This document shows, one piece after another, positions 62,903 through 64,000 of a DNA stretch of 64,000 nt. This DNA is from Octopus sinensis (taxonomy: Eukaryota): positions 29,450,001-29,514,000 of the forward strand of contig NC_043018.1 of the NCBI RefSeq assembly GCF_006345805.1, written 5' to 3'. Positions within the stretch are counted from its first letter, which is position 1. Each line of letters starts with the position of its first letter. The notes under the pieces were generated by a model. The model was not told the origin of the DNA. It was given only the letters and a program-made list of their open reading frames with translations, and ran no database searches. Position numbers and translations under genes: made by a program.

Positions 62903-63204
62903 CACCGTGACCGACCAGGCTATCAGATGTTGCTACACATCGCTGGTCACAATGCGTTTCGCATTGTTTTAGCCTTTAAATGATGCCACCCCGCTGGCTA
63001 AGCGAGCAGACCAACAGAAGAAAGAGTGAGAGAAAGTTGCGGCGAAAGAGTACAGCAGGGATCGCCACCACCCCCTGCCGGAGCCTCGTGGAGCTTTAGG
63101 TGTTTTAGCTCAATAAACACCCACAATGCTTAGTCTAGGAATCGAAACCATGATCCTATGTCCGCGAGTCCGCTGCCCTAACCACTGGGCCATTGCGCCT
63201 CCAC
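62903..63204 (-). mobile_element. SINE family C with TSD
   Basis: Homologous to 14141-14437; TSD gttgagtagat at 62892-62902 and 63205-63215. Confidence 0.9.
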
Positions 63205-63764
63205 GTTGAGTAGATAAGTTTCGTAAACTGAGTAAAAAACTTGTTCTCTTTCTCTTCGTCATCAACTAATAACACTGATACAGTACCATGCCTAACAAGA
63301 AAGATAAATCCACAGACCTAAAGATGGTGTCGCATCATGGCCGCAGTTGTTCACATCCTTTCGTCTCGGAGAGAATAAAGTTGCGCATAAAATCAGATTT
63401 GCGCAGGCCTGCGCTAGATGTATGAAAATCCAGGGTAGCCCAATCGTCAGGATTCCTCTCTTGACCTTGGTGACGTAGTCCAAAGGAGTGCAGAGCATTA
63501 CGCTTGGCACCAGCTTCGTCGCAGGAGCTGCCGGAAGAGCGTCGAGTCGAACACTAAACCACCTACGGGGCTCCACTACGGATTTCTTTGAAGGTTGTCT
63601 CCTTTCCGTAACCCTGGATAGGGGCCCATACCGGGTACTGTCAGCCGGAGCCAGCTGAGCCCGGGACTCGTGTCAGGCAGGGTTGTCACTCCCTGAAGTA
63701 GTGAAGAAAAATCACAGCCCACTAACTTTCCGCAGTACAGTGACTAAAATAAGTAACAAGACGA

Positions 63765-64000
63765 TAATGAACGATGAAAAAAATATTCACGATGCCAGAA
63801 AGTTAATGAGCAGCAAATTCAAAGATGAAAGACGATGATAAATGATGACAAATATTCACGATGCTAGAAAGATACGAAGTAGATTTAAAGAAGATAGAAG
63901 AGGATAATAAATTATGAAAAAAATGTTCATGATAGAAGAAAGGCATTGAGTAGTAAATTTAAAGAAGATGAAAGACGGTAATAAATGATATTAAAATGTT
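63765..64000. repeat. Degenerate ~70-bp purine-rich tandem repeat running off the window
   Basis: aaatattcacgatg-like anchors at ~63781, 63851 and 63920. Confidence 0.75.

Overview
AT-rich eukaryotic DNA crowded with microsatellites and transposons. The SINE families, the TTAGGG motif, the 5S sequence type and the microsatellite load suggest a mollusc, probably Octopus (inference from memory, no search run). No host protein-coding gene can be supported, and most ORFs in the supplied track are translations of simple repeats. Recognisable content: many tRNA-derived SINEs (at least four families); four full-length copies of a 416-437 bp TIR element with 8-bp TSDs carrying TTAGGG repeats; one full-length mariner with a dead transposase plus other Tc1/mariner remnants; CR1/L2, RTE, Tx1(L1-clade) and R4-type (RLE) non-LTR retrotransposon fragments; two dispersed 5S rRNA copies; several Penelope-type minimal hammerhead motifs; and several minisatellites and tandem duplications. 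The most notable pattern is that different retroelement lineages sit in different microsatellites in fixed orientation: R4/Dong-like copies and an ORF-less 554-bp element in (TAA)n, a second RLE lineage in (ATAC)n, a young Tx1-like copy in (TATC)n with a ~66-bp duplication, and short hammerhead-bearing elements in (TA)n. One 5S copy is fused to a SINE-type 3' tail.
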